Positions 50,677 to 61,035 of a stretch of DNA of 64,000 bases are shown here, one piece after another. Source of the DNA: a virus (lineage: Duplodnaviria; Caudoviricetes). A program made the position numbers and the translations under genes. Position 1 is the first letter of the stretch; every line of letters begins with the position of its first letter. Where the stretch lies: positions 1 to 64,000 of the IMG/VR virus record IMGVR_UViG_3300026023_000352. One strand, written 5' to 3'. The notes beneath the pieces are model-generated. The model saw only the letters and a list, made by a program, of their open reading frames with translations. It searched no databases and was not told where the DNA came from.

Positions 50677-51165
50677 ATGATAACAGTCAAAGAACTCGCT
50701 TGGCTTGGTGGTCTTCTCGAAGGAGAGGCTTCCTTTATGCTGCGAAACGGGTGCCATAAAATCGCATTACAAATGACGGATCTCGATGTTGTGCAGCGTG
50801 CTGCTGCGATTTTAGGTGTTCCTGTAGGGGCTTATTCACGACAGCCAAAAGGTAAAGCTACTTATCTTCCTGTGTGGCATTTAGCGGTCCATGGGATTAA
50901 AGCCATTGCATGGATGATGACACTTTACACGCTCATGGGAGAGCGTCGAAAAGCAAAGATTCTGGAAGTTTTGGATCACTGGAAGGCTTCTAAGTCAGCT
51001 CCGCGCGCTTCTCGGGGGACGCGTCTTATGGCGGTGTGTCATCCGGATCGGCCCCGTGCTGCGCACATGCTCTGCAATACGTGTTGGATGCGCGAGTACC
51101 GTAAACGCACCGGCAAGAATGGTAATTATTACCGCAAGCAAAAACTTATCCCGGAGCCTGTTTGA
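50677..51165 (+). CDS. LAGLIDADG-like homing endonuclease
   Basis: 'ELAWLGGLLEGEASF..QMTDLDVV..LMGERRK'; C-terminal CH..C..C. Confidence 0.75.
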   Translation: MITVKELAWLGGLLEGEASFMLRNGCHKIALQMTDLDVVQRAAAILGVPVGAYSRQPKGKATYLPVWHLAVHGIKAIAWMMTLYTLMGERRKAKILEVLDHWKASKSAPRASRGTRLMAVCHPDRPRAAHMLCNTCWMREYRKRTGKNGNYYRKQKLIPEPV

Positions 51166-53115
51166 TGCAGCCGCATTCTCTTGGTAAGATTACCATAAAC
51201 ACCGCGAAGACTCCCGAACAGCGTAAGGTCGAGGCTGGTTGGGCAGGACGACATGAAAAGTTTTCGAAAGGTGCGAAGCTACCAAATACGCGGGTTCAAG
51301 TGTGTCCGCGCGTTAAGGTTGCCGACCTCCCAGAAGGCTTTCTAACACAGACTCACATCGAACATCTGGAACACAACCAGCAGATTGCCTCGTGTTGCCG
51401 ACATCCGGAGAACCACGAAGTCGAAGCCCATAAAAGCCACCCCGATGAATCGGCGCCGGACATATACGTGTTTCATTGTACCTGTGGCCGAAAGCATCGA
51501 TTTTTCTGTCTTGGCGTGACCGATGAGCGCCCGTATTGGAGTGCCGGCTAATGGCGACGGCAACTGAGGTGCTGGCGCAGAGCCAGATAGAGGGCGCGAG
51601 CCTGGTGCTGATCTACGATGATGTTACCTTGATCGGAAATCGGTTCGAAGCAAACGTCGGCAACACCGCCGTTGGTCCGATGACAGTGAGCATAGCACTC
51701 AATAATGGGTTCGCTGGAACCACGGTGATTCAGCCAAATCGCTTTAACCAAGCGATTAACATCCCGGCTAACCGCCGCCCTCAAGGTGTATTGGTGACAA
51801 CGAGGTTTGGAACCCAGACGATCGATTGGGGCATTCAGTCTATTAGCATAAGTTTCTCTTCTAGTTAATAAGTATTATGGCGTTTTCTCATAGCCGACAT
51901 TCCACTCATGAGAATGGCGCCGGCTTCACTCTAACATGCGCCGTGACGCTCGCCTCTACAGTCAAGGCCAGCAGTCTTGTTTTGGTGTCAGTCGGATGGG
52001 CAAGTAATCCTGGAGATACTTGCTCTATAGCTGACGATAAAGGAAATAATTACACTCTTGTTGATCTGCTGAGATCCACGGCTTCAGGTTATACTTGGCA
52101 GACCGCGTATCTTGATGGCGTTACAAACGCCCCAATAACGATTACAGCAACGATGATATCCGCCACCCGGCAGTTTATTTCTATTATCGTTGGCGAATAT
52201 ACCGGAGGGCTGGGCGGATCTTCCCTTAATGGTCACGCTATAAACGCGCAAACTAATCCCGCGACAACAGCTAATGCGCTCACCTCGACAAACTTCACGC
52301 CGACCGCAAATAATTCATTGATATATGGTTCGCTAGTTGACGCTAGTAGTATTGGTGCCATTTCAGCAGGGACGAATTACACTCTTCGTTTGAATAACAG
52401 CAGCAGCAGTTTTGATATGGAAGACAAAACATTAGCGGTTGCCGCTGCTGGTGCCGCTACGTTCACAACTGCAACAAGCGGCGCGAGCGCTTTTTTTGTG
52501 ACCGGAGGCTTGGCTATAAAGCCGTGGATTTCTATGGTCAACAGGGCAGTGAATATACAAACTCAATCTAATAGTCGCGCGTCTTTTTGGTAGGTAATTT
52601 GTATGGCGCTTTACCTTATTGGAAACGGTCCCATGCAAACTACAGCCGCATTCGCGGTTGTGGCGACGGGAACCTCTATCAAGACTCTTTTACAAGTTAA
52701 GCCCGGAGCGACAACCTCTTTGCGCATTATCGAGTGGGGAATCTCGTTCGATGGCTCCGCGGCGGCGACGCCCGGCAAGGTTGAGTTAATAGAGACTGAC
52801 GTTGCCGCGACTGTCACAGCGTCCGTCGCGGCTGATATTACTAAATATGACGCGGACGCTATAGCAAATGGCGATCCGACGACAGCGCTCATTGCTGTTG
52901 GAACTACATCAACGGGATATACATCCTCCGGCGAAGGCTCGATCACCGCCGTTCGAAGTCTCGCCGGGCCTCAGCTTATTTCTCCGACAACTCAATTTAT
53001 TCAGCAATTCCCATTGGGCCGCGAACCGATAATCCAGAACGCGAAGTTTGGTCGTATTCGCGTTACCTTTGGGACTACAGTAAACGCGTATTGTTATATG
53101 ATCGTATCAGTCTAA
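51165..53115 (+). CDS. Four hypothetical/virion genes (51165-51551, 51551-51868, 51877-52593, 52603-53115)
   Basis: Contiguous + strand ORFs; the last three are Thr/Ser/Ala- and beta-rich. Confidence 0.6.
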
Positions 53116-53139
53116 AGATTACTACGGGAGTAGTGCGGC

Positions 53140-54327
53140 ATGGCTCGGTTTGGCCGCTCATTCCCGATCTCTGGCATCTCGATTAAGCATGGTCTTAGTC
53201 AAGCAGTCGCTAAGTCCGTCGTTGCTGATGCCGGTTCCTATAGTCTAACCGGCACGGCCGCAACGCCGAAATGGGACCGGAAAGTTGTCGCGGCCTCGGG
53301 CGCTTACGCCTTTACCGGCGCTACCGTTGCAATTCGCCGAGATTTCCGTCCGTCAGCCGGCGCCGGTTCCTATGCCGTCACCGGCACGGCGACATCGGTA
53401 TTACGTGGCCGGAATTTGTCGGCCACCTCGGGGTCTTACGCGCTTACTGGCTTCGCGGCCTCACTGTTTCATGGATGGCGGGTCGCGGCAGCCGCAGGTT
53501 CCTACGCTGTTACTGGAACCACAGCGACGCTGACGCGTCGTTTGCCGATGACTGCCGATGTCGGGGCTTACGTCCTGACTGGATCGGCAGCATCGCTCGC
53601 ACGCAATCTGCCGCTTACGGCGGGTGCCGGCTCATACGCTCTGACCGGCTCCGCCGCCTCGCTATTGCACGCGTGGAAGGTATCCGCCGAGAGCGGCGCC
53701 TATACTCTAACCGGCTCCGCCGCCTCGCTCCTCGAAATTTCACAAAAAGCTGTTATAGCCGAGGCGGGCTCTTATTCCCTAACGGGCACGGCGGCATCTC
53801 TTGTACATAAGAAAATAGCGTCAGCCGGCGCTGGTGTTTACGATTTCCTCGGGTCAACGGCAACCCTGACACGGCGACTACCGATTACCGCGGGAATCGG
53901 AAGTTACTCTCTTAGCGGCAGCGGAGTTTCTCTTCTCAAGACCGTCCGTTTAGGGGCGGTTGCTGGCGCTTACAATCTCACTGGAACCAGTGCTTCCCTG
54001 CTTCGGGGCGCTCGTTTAGTGACCACAGCGGGATCTTACGTCCTAACCGGAAGTCCCGCATTACTCATCGCCAGCGGGGCGGCCCAAGACGCAGCGGCCG
54101 ACGGCGCAATTTGCACTGTCACGGCAACGCTGCTACCGGGCACTGTCACCGTCAGTTCTATTATCGGCGCTCTGGAGCAGGATGGGATCAGGTCAAGACG
54201 GCAGCGCCATGATGCACATGTACTTGGTTCAATACTCTATCTTCGTACATCATTACATCCCGGCGCGGCTAATGGCGAAGATAATTTAACGGATGAAGAG
54301 TTAATTCTTATGCTTGAGGCTGCTTAA
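53140..54327 (+). CDS. Repeat-rich putative virion fibre protein
   Basis: About 14 repeats of 'A.AG[SA]Y.LTG..ASL'. Confidence 0.7.
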   Translation: MARFGRSFPISGISIKHGLSQAVAKSVVADAGSYSLTGTAATPKWDRKVVAASGAYAFTGATVAIRRDFRPSAGAGSYAVTGTATSVLRGRNLSATSGSYALTGFAASLFHGWRVAAAAGSYAVTGTTATLTRRLPMTADVGAYVLTGSAASLARNLPLTAGAGSYALTGSAASLLHAWKVSAESGAYTLTGSAASLLEISQKAVIAEAGSYSLTGTAASLVHKKIASAGAGVYDFLGSTATLTRRLPITAGIGSYSLSGSGVSLLKTVRLGAVAGAYNLTGTSASLLRGARLVTTAGSYVLTGSPALLIASGAAQDAAADGAICTVTATLLPGTVTVSSIIGALEQDGIRSRRQRHDAHVLGSILYLRTSLHPGAANGEDNLTDEELILMLEAA

Positions 54328-54974
54328 TGTCGGCGAACAAGTATAGCATTTGGCACGCACTTGAGTTGGCGATCCGGCTTGCCGTGCGAGCCAATGAAGA
54401 GGTTCGTATCCTTGCGTCTCGCTCGATCGCTGGGCCGAAAGGTGATCCGGGCGAGCGTGGGCCTGATGGTCAGCCTGGTACGCCGGGCAAGCTGCCCATC
54501 GCCCGCGCATGGGCAGAGGGCGTTCATTATGAGGGTAGCGCAGTTACGCATGTGGGGGCGACGTGGCAGGCGTTACGAGATACTGGTCACGAGCCTCCGC
54601 ATGATGATTGGATTTGTCTAGCGTTGCCGGGCGTGCCTGGAGAATCCGGGAAATCGTCAAAAGTATGCGGCACATACGATTCATCCCGTCAGTATTCTGA
54701 GCTTAATATCGTGGCTGTTAATGGGGCGACATTTATTGCGAAAGTGAATAATCCCGGCCCATGTCCAGGTAATGACTGGCAACTGATGTCGGCGGTTGGT
54801 AAGCGAGGCGAAAAAGGTGATCGTGGCGAGCAAGGGATGAGAGGAAATCCTGGTTTGCCGGGGCCTGGAGTGAAATCGCTCGTTGTAGATGGGGATGGCC
54901 TTTTAACTGTGATTAACGGCGACGGGTCTATAGTTACTTGTGATCTCTATCCTGTGTTGGCGAAGATCCGATGA
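54327..54974 (+). CDS. Collagen-like repeat protein with carbohydrate-binding-like modules
   Basis: GxY triplets flanking 'VTHVGATWQA..DT..EPP..DW' modules. Confidence 0.7.
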   Translation: MSANKYSIWHALELAIRLAVRANEEVRILASRSIAGPKGDPGERGPDGQPGTPGKLPIARAWAEGVHYEGSAVTHVGATWQALRDTGHEPPHDDWICLALPGVPGESGKSSKVCGTYDSSRQYSELNIVAVNGATFIAKVNNPGPCPGNDWQLMSAVGKRGEKGDRGEQGMRGNPGLPGPGVKSLVVDGDGLLTVINGDGSIVTCDLYPVLAKIR

Positions 54975-55648
54975 ACAATGATGTCGTCATCGTCACGGCT
55001 TCCGAGTTTACAATGCTAACAACGCTTGAGCGGGTCAAGCTGGAGCTGGATATTAAGAACGATACCAATAATGATCTCTTGAGCGCTCGTATTGCTTCAG
55101 CGTCTTCTGTGATCGACGGGCTATGTTTTCCGTCGCTGAAGCGCGAGACTGTCATCGAGACGTTTTACCCGGATCATTATGGCGAGTGCGCGGACAGGTT
55201 GACGCTGAACCATAGCCCGGTGGTGTCGATTAGCAGCGTCACCGTAGATGGCACCGCACTGACTGATGCTGTGATTGTTGATGATGTCGTGACCGAACTT
55301 GCCGAGTGGCGTCTTGACGGCGAGAAGCTGCGGCTCCGTAGGCAAACGACCGCGGGTCGTCATTCCCATTGGTCGTTTTGTACAAGCATCGTTGTCTCTT
55401 ATGTGGGCGGCTACCTACTTCCTGGACAGGCGGGCAGAGACCTTCCATACGAGATCGAGGACGCCTGCGTTGAGCTTGTTGCAGCTTATTGGGCTGCCCG
55501 CGGGCGAGACCCTGGGTTGCGGGCAGAGGAAAATGTTGGAGTTTATAGGTTTGAGTATCAGACTACTGTAAATGGATATGATTACCCTGTACCGAAAGGG
55601 GTAATGGACAAGCTCGATCGGTATTTACGAAAAGAGATGGTGCTGTAA
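54971..55648 (+). CDS. Head-tail adaptor (gp6-like)
   Basis: 'LTTLERVKLEL..D.LL..I..AS..ID', 'PVVSISSV', 'Y.GGY..LP..IE.AC'. Confidence 0.8.
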   Translation: MNNDVVIVTASEFTMLTTLERVKLELDIKNDTNNDLLSARIASASSVIDGLCFPSLKRETVIETFYPDHYGECADRLTLNHSPVVSISSVTVDGTALTDAVIVDDVVTELAEWRLDGEKLRLRRQTTAGRHSHWSFCTSIVVSYVGGYLLPGQAGRDLPYEIEDACVELVAAYWAARGRDPGLRAEENVGVYRFEYQTTVNGYDYPVPKGVMDKLDRYLRKEMVL

Positions 55649-55670
55649 AACGAATGGTTGCAAAAATATA

Positions 55671-56399
55671 ATGAAGCATCTCTCGTTTGTTATGGCGTAT
55701 TACATGAACCCGGTCATGCTCGCATATCAATACGACGTATGGGCCTCATATCCGGATAATCTAAAAGAACGGATTGATGTAGTTCTTGTTGATGATGGCA
55801 GTCCATCGGAATATGCGATCACGGTTCCTCGTCCGGATAATCTTCCGCCACTGAGAATCTACCGTGTACTAGTCGATAAGCCGTGGAACCAACACGGTGC
55901 CAGGAATCTTGGGGCGCGCGAGGCCGAGGGGCCGTGGCTATTCCTAACGGATATGGATCACGTTCTTTCTGCCGAGAGCCTTGAGCGGCTCCTTGAACGA
56001 CGTAACGAGAATGTCGTTTATATGTTTGCTCGCGTTGACGCGCCAGATATGACGCCAACGCGGCGTCACGATGGAACAATGAAGCCGCATCCTAACACGT
56101 TCGCCATGACCAAAGAAATTTATTGGAAGATTGGCGGATACGATGAACGGTTTTGTGGAATTTACGGAACAGATAGCTTGTTCCGATCGCGAGCGGCGGC
56201 TCTCGCAAAATTCAGACATTTGGACGACGTACCAATCATTCGGTATTCGCGCGAGATTATTGCTGATGCCTCGACTCGGACTTTGGCTCGCAAAGAGGGT
56301 CGCAGTGACGCAAAGCGTCGCTTGCTGGCGAAGATTGCCGCTGAGGGTAGCGTCGATAAAACAGAGACGCTGAAGTTTCCGTGGGAACGCGTGCTGTGA
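55671..56399 (+). CDS. Glycosyltransferase family 2
   Basis: 'VLVDDGS', 'GARNLG', 'LTDMDH', 'IGGYDERF.G.YGTD'. Confidence 0.85.
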   Translation: MKHLSFVMAYYMNPVMLAYQYDVWASYPDNLKERIDVVLVDDGSPSEYAITVPRPDNLPPLRIYRVLVDKPWNQHGARNLGAREAEGPWLFLTDMDHVLSAESLERLLERRNENVVYMFARVDAPDMTPTRRHDGTMKPHPNTFAMTKEIYWKIGGYDERFCGIYGTDSLFRSRAAALAKFRHLDDVPIIRYSREIIADASTRTLARKEGRSDAKRRLLAKIAAEGSVDKTETLKFPWERVL

Positions 56400-56968
56400 T
56401 CCAGATCGATGCCCGAGGTCACGATCTTACGGTTGTTGCCTTCTCCGGCATGGCATCGAAAAACCGAATATACGAATGGACTCGGAGTTTTGATGGAGTC
56501 AATGCTAATTTCATCGGGGTTCGGGATGACGCCCGGCGCTGGTATCAATTTGAAACGTCTGACATTACTGAGGTCGTTCGTCGCGCTGTTGTGCGGGCGG
56601 GCGGCGCTCGAGTCATGACGATCGGGGCCTCAGCGGGCGGCTTTGCGGCGCTGCTGTTTGGTCGCATCTTGCAGGCTGATCGTATTCTGGTGTGGTCGCC
56701 ACAGTCGGCCTGTGGGGCTGCAAAGCGGGCGCTGGGCGACGACCGCTGGCCTGACCTATGCAATTCGACGCCATCCTTTGATCTGGAGGACGTGTATCCG
56801 GAGGCTGTCGTGCATGTCGCCGCTGACGACCTAATGGATATGATGCACGCGCGCCGGCTGACGCCAGGTCGTCTGATCATCCATCCGGGTGGCGGGCACA
56901 ATCTGCCGACTATGCTCAAGGAGTCTGGCGAATTGCGGTGGATTTTGGACGAGGCGGTTGCTGCGTGA
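56396..56968 (+). CDS. Alpha/beta-hydrolase-fold protein
   Basis: Nucleophile elbow 'IGASAGGFAALLFG', 'SPQS', C-terminal 'GGHN'. Confidence 0.7.
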   Translation: MIQIDARGHDLTVVAFSGMASKNRIYEWTRSFDGVNANFIGVRDDARRWYQFETSDITEVVRRAVVRAGGARVMTIGASAGGFAALLFGRILQADRILVWSPQSACGAAKRALGDDRWPDLCNSTPSFDLEDVYPEAVVHVAADDLMDMMHARRLTPGRLIIHPGGGHNLPTMLKESGELRWILDEAVAA

Positions 56969-57633
56969 ACATCGTCTCGTTCCTCGCGCCGCGCCAAGAT
57001 CATCCGCGCTGGAATGACATTTATTTTGATCTGCTTGAGATCCTCGATCGCTCGTGCCGCCATCTTGGCCTTCGTCATGTGGTACTGACTGACGATCCGA
57101 TGCTACCGCATGGCGAGCTATTCTGCCGGCCTCTACCGGCTGATCTGATGCAGGCCGCGACACAGGCGCACTTTGAATGGCTCGCTCAAGGCGATTGGCG
57201 CGGTAGCGATACATGCTTTGTTGGCGTTGACTGTATCGCTCTCCAAGATCCAACGCTTGCGTTATGCGGCAAGTTCGATATGGCCGTTACCTATCGTGAC
57301 GCGCGTGCGAGATACCCAATAAATACCGGGATGATCTATATCTCGGCTAACGCACGCGAGCGTGCTCGGGCGCTATTCAAGCGGGTTGCTGATCGCACCG
57401 GAACAACGTGGTGTGACGATCAGCGGGCAATACAGGCTGAACTAGCGCCTATGCCAGATAGTCATGGCATCCACGACCGCGCGATGATGAAGGTCGGTTT
57501 CATACCGATGTTCTTATTTAATGAACGGCCGGATGGGCTTTCCCCAATGCCAGGCCGCATCATGCTCCATTTTCGTGGGAAGATAGAGCGCAAGAAGCAG
57601 ATGGTTGAATGGGCAGCGAAGTGGATAAAGTAA
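56965..57633 (+). CDS. GT-A-fold glycosyltransferase-like protein
   Basis: 'VLTDD', 'GVDC', 'FDMAVT..INTG', 'WCDDQ', 'LHFRG'. Confidence 0.65.
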   Translation: MNIVSFLAPRQDHPRWNDIYFDLLEILDRSCRHLGLRHVVLTDDPMLPHGELFCRPLPADLMQAATQAHFEWLAQGDWRGSDTCFVGVDCIALQDPTLALCGKFDMAVTYRDARARYPINTGMIYISANARERARALFKRVADRTGTTWCDDQRAIQAELAPMPDSHGIHDRAMMKVGFIPMFLFNERPDGLSPMPGRIMLHFRGKIERKKQMVEWAAKWIK

Positions 57634-58313
57634 TTGATACTGACGACGCGCTGAAGGTCCGCCTTTCGATGGACGGCTATGCCCGGTTCCCGAACGGGGC
57701 AATGGTTCACAGGACCGCTGTGGTAGCCTCCTGGGTATCGCTTGGACCAGACTGCATCGTGCATCCCTTCGCGGTTGTTGGGCGCATTCCAAGCCGTAGC
57801 CGGTCACTCGCTCGCCAGCCTGCTGCTGCAGAACATCTGGAGATTGGCTCCCGAACAGCGATTGGCTGTCACGCCGTCGTTTTTGCGGATGTCGATATTG
57901 GCAAGGATTGCCTGATTGGCGATTTCTCTCTGATTCGAGAAGGAACTTTGATCGGAAATCTATGCGTCATTGGATGTCATGTTTCGATCAGCTATGATTG
58001 CGAAATTGCCGATCGTTGCGTGTTCCAAAATAGCACTGTATTCCACGGATCATGTGGTGAAGGCTGCTTTTTCGGAGTCGGCGTTGTCTGTTCGTCTGAC
58101 CGTCGAGTCGATCTTGATAATTATGCTCATCACGGTTCAACGCCTCCTATTATCGGCAAGCGCGTCATGATTGGTACTGGCGCTAATCTGATTGCTGGGA
58201 TCAAGATTGGTGATGGCGCTAGGGTCGCTGCTGGTGCTATCGTTACGAAGGATGTCCCAAGCCAATGTTTGATGATTGGTCAAGCAGCATCAATACGTCA
58301 TGTTCAAATCTAA
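57621..58313 (+). CDS. Hexapeptide-repeat (LbH) acyltransferase
   Basis: 'IGKDCLIG', 'IGNLCVIG', 'IGTGANL..IKIGDGARVAAGAIVTKDVP'. Confidence 0.85.
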   Translation: MDKVIDTDDALKVRLSMDGYARFPNGAMVHRTAVVASWVSLGPDCIVHPFAVVGRIPSRSRSLARQPAAAEHLEIGSRTAIGCHAVVFADVDIGKDCLIGDFSLIREGTLIGNLCVIGCHVSISYDCEIADRCVFQNSTVFHGSCGEGCFFGVGVVCSSDRRVDLDNYAHHGSTPPIIGKRVMIGTGANLIAGIKIGDGARVAAGAIVTKDVPSQCLMIGQAASIRHVQI

Positions 58314-59025
58314 TGAACTGTTAACCGTGCTCGTTTGGCTCTGGGCACAGCCGGATAGTTTCGGTGATTACACAGCGTATCATGTCAACGTATTTGCAGA
58401 TATGGTGCGACGTAATCTGTCCATTCCGCACCGTATAGCCTGCGTAACCGATATTCCCGAGGGAATTGATCCTAGCATTACGATAATTCCTTCTCCTCGG
58501 GAATTTGAGGATGTACGTATTCCGACATGGAGAGAGCATAAGCCGCAATGCTTGCGGCGGCTCTCGATGTTCCGGAGAGATGCCGCAGAAATATTTGGAC
58601 AACGTTTTGTCTGTATGGATCTCGATTGCGTAATTTCTGGAACACTCGATTCACTATTCGAGACAGACGTGCCATTCAAGATGGCTTGCGGGACTCGCGA
58701 GGGCAGGCCGTACAATGGATCGATGATGCTGATAACCGCTGGATCTCGGCCGCAGGTTTATGAGCAGTTTACCCCCGAGCGCGCCGTTGTGGCTGGCAAA
58801 AGATTTCTTGGCTCCGACCAGGCATGGATAAGCTACATCCTCGGGTCAGGAGAGCCAACGTGGGGTTCGGAGGATGGTGTGTGTTGGAGGGATTCTCCAC
58901 TTCCTCAAGAGCAACGTCGTATTACGTTTTATCCGGGATCACCTAAGCCGTGGGAAATTATTAAGTTTAACCCAAATAATTGGATAGCTAAGCACTATAG
59001 TCGCAGTATGACGGAGATAATATGA
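58300..59025 (+). CDS. Glycosyltransferase (GT8-like)
   Basis: 'ACVTD', 'MDLDCVI', 'YNGSMM', 'GSDQAWI', 'G.PKPW'. Confidence 0.8.
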   Translation: MFKSNELLTVLVWLWAQPDSFGDYTAYHVNVFADMVRRNLSIPHRIACVTDIPEGIDPSITIIPSPREFEDVRIPTWREHKPQCLRRLSMFRRDAAEIFGQRFVCMDLDCVISGTLDSLFETDVPFKMACGTREGRPYNGSMMLITAGSRPQVYEQFTPERAVVAGKRFLGSDQAWISYILGSGEPTWGSEDGVCWRDSPLPQEQRRITFYPGSPKPWEIIKFNPNNWIAKHYSRSMTEII

Positions 59026-59522
59026 AACGCATTATTGTTTCTGTACTTGCGTTCGGCTTACTGGCCGCCACGCCCGCGCTCGCTTTCACGGGCCGCATTA
59101 TCAATTTGGGTGATGCCGCGGTGTCGGCGGCAGTCACAAACCAGGTAATTACGAGCAGCGTATCGGCGCAGAGCGTAGCGATTGCATATGTGGATCGGCT
59201 GGAAGGCGCGCAGGCGCTTACATTCGAGGCAAATTTTACATGGGGTGCTGGTGGCACTACGTTGAAGGTTGACCTTGAGACTTCTGTCGATCAAGGAACG
59301 AGCTGGTTGCCGATCTGCCGCATTGCGTTCACGACAGCAAGCGCACTAAAGGTTGTTAATATTTCCGGTCTTACGCCGAAGATTGCGGCGATAACTCCGG
59401 CTGTTCCTTCGGATGACGCATGTACCGATGGTATAATTGGAGAACGGTTTCGTGTGCGGATTACGAGCGTCGGTGTGTACACTGGAAATACATTAGTTTC
59501 GACGCGTGCGGCAGTACGCTAA
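59022..59522 (+). CDS. Signal-peptide-bearing beta-rich protein
   Basis: 'MKRIIVSVLAFGLLAATPALA' signal peptide. Confidence 0.65.
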   Translation: MKRIIVSVLAFGLLAATPALAFTGRIINLGDAAVSAAVTNQVITSSVSAQSVAIAYVDRLEGAQALTFEANFTWGAGGTTLKVDLETSVDQGTSWLPICRIAFTTASALKVVNISGLTPKIAAITPAVPSDDACTDGIIGERFRVRITSVGVYTGNTLVSTRAAVR

Positions 59523-59870
59523 ATGCCCGTCGAGCGAACAAAATCCCTTTATGCACGAACGCTGAAGGAAACCGTCTTTATTCGCCGTTACACCGGCAGC
59601 GGTCCGAACAGGCCACTCTTCGACACGCCGGCCAGGGCGCGCGTCATGGGATACCAGCCCCATGAACTTGTTGGCACGATCCAGCAGGGCGACCGTAGGG
59701 CAATCGTATTCGTACCGGACCTCGTAGATGCTGGCTTCGCGCTACCCGTGACGAGCAACGACAAGCTCGTAGTGCGTGGGCGCGAGCTCACGATAATGAC
59801 TCCCGATGACAACACCCGACGTGATGAGGATGAGCTGATTGCGTTGGAATTGCAGGTCAGAGGTCAATAA
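59523..59870 (+). CDS. Head closure/stopper protein
   Basis: 'ARVMGYQP.ELVG.IQQGDR..DKLVVRG..ELQVRG'. Confidence 0.7.
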   Translation: MPVERTKSLYARTLKETVFIRRYTGSGPNRPLFDTPARARVMGYQPHELVGTIQQGDRRAIVFVPDLVDAGFALPVTSNDKLVVRGRELTIMTPDDNTRRDEDELIALELQVRGQ

Positions 59871-59874
59871 TTCG

Positions 59875-60168
59875 TTACAGTGGTCGGCTAATTACATATC
59901 CCCGCTCCCTCAGAGTAGAAATTAACTGCGCGTCTGTGAAATTCTTAATATCACTGAATGCGATAATGTCATTAGCATACAAGAAATCCATTACGAGCTT
60001 TTCTGTTTTCTTTCCAAAATTGCCGCCTTTCCATAGCAGACTGATGACCTTCTGAGGGTCATCTGCTAACGCTTTCGATGGCGTGTCATAGCCAGCTCTC
60101 ATGAGGCACCAAACTGCGCGAGTGTTCAGGCACGTCAAGCGCCACGCTGGGTGAAACGATGTGTCCAT
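59875..60168 (-). CDS. RNA polymerase alpha-CTD-like protein
   Basis: 'LNTRAVWCLMRAG..T..NFGKKTEKLVMDFL' parallels RpoA CTD 'LSVRS.NCL..NLGKKSL.EI..L'. Confidence 0.6.
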   Translation of the reverse strand: MDTSFHPAWRLTCLNTRAVWCLMRAGYDTPSKALADDPQKVISLLWKGGNFGKKTEKLVMDFLYANDIIAFSDIKNFTDAQLISTLRERGYVISRPL

Positions 60169-60201
60169 TTTAGCCTGTTTCCATTAGTCGAAGAGCCGAT
60201 T

Positions 60202-60885
60202 ATGGCACGCTCCGCATTCGCGCGCACGATCCAGCTTCAGCTTGATAAATACTCTCCTGAGCAAGCGCGGATCAAGCATATCGAAATTGCCCGTAAGGGA
60301 TTTGCCGCATTCTACGCGAGGCAAGAGGTTAAGCCTGAATATACCTTAGAAGTGGATGGGCATCCGGCTACATCCGAGGATGAGGTTAAGCAATATGGGA
60401 TTATTGTTTATAAATTTAATAGACTGGGTGAGGTCGCGCAATTTGCGTTGGATGTTCTGATTGTTCGGGTTCGTAAGTTCTATCCTGGTAAGGATGAGAA
60501 AAGCTATATCAACAACTTCTTTGTCGGAATCAACGGCAAGTTCATTGATGCGGAAGACTTCGATCCAAAACTTGTTCCGCCTCGCGCTGAAATCATTATC
60601 GGGAATAAGGTTCCGTTCAATCGTAAACTCGACGTTCAGCGTGTCGGGGGCGAGGTTCTTTCATTTAAGATACCGGCAGGTCTATTTGATTTAGCTGCTC
60701 TCGTTGTAACTCGTGAGTATGGCAAGATAGTAACTGTTAAGCGCAGCTATAATATACAACATCCAGATAAGCACGAGTTGATTCGAGAGCAGGAATACCT
60801 TTCAGGACCGCGCAAAGGCAAATCGCGTAAGCGGGCTGGAACGCTTGTCGAGAGTCCGGGGCTGGTGATTGTGTCGAGGGTGTAG
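60202..60885 (+). CDS. Putative tail/neck component
   Basis: Position between stopper and tail terminator; 'N..P..RK.D'. Confidence 0.55.
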   Translation: MARSAFARTIQLQLDKYSPEQARIKHIEIARKGFAAFYARQEVKPEYTLEVDGHPATSEDEVKQYGIIVYKFNRLGEVAQFALDVLIVRVRKFYPGKDEKSYINNFFVGINGKFIDAEDFDPKLVPPRAEIIIGNKVPFNRKLDVQRVGGEVLSFKIPAGLFDLAALVVTREYGKIVTVKRSYNIQHPDKHELIREQEYLSGPRKGKSRKRAGTLVESPGLVIVSRV

Positions 60886-61035
60886 ACAAGTAAATGGTCC
60901 CCGGATTCGAACCGGCGCTTGTCGCGTACATCGACTCCTGAAGCGCTATTTGGAGATGATGCCGATAGCGACGTAAGGGACAAATTCCCTGTCACTCCAG
61001 ATCTTGATCTATAGCGGAACATAAGGCGGTAGTCA

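Noticed and set aside
60893-60985. Intact tRNA gene
   Set aside because: No 7-bp acceptor stem, D arm or anticodon arm could be folded
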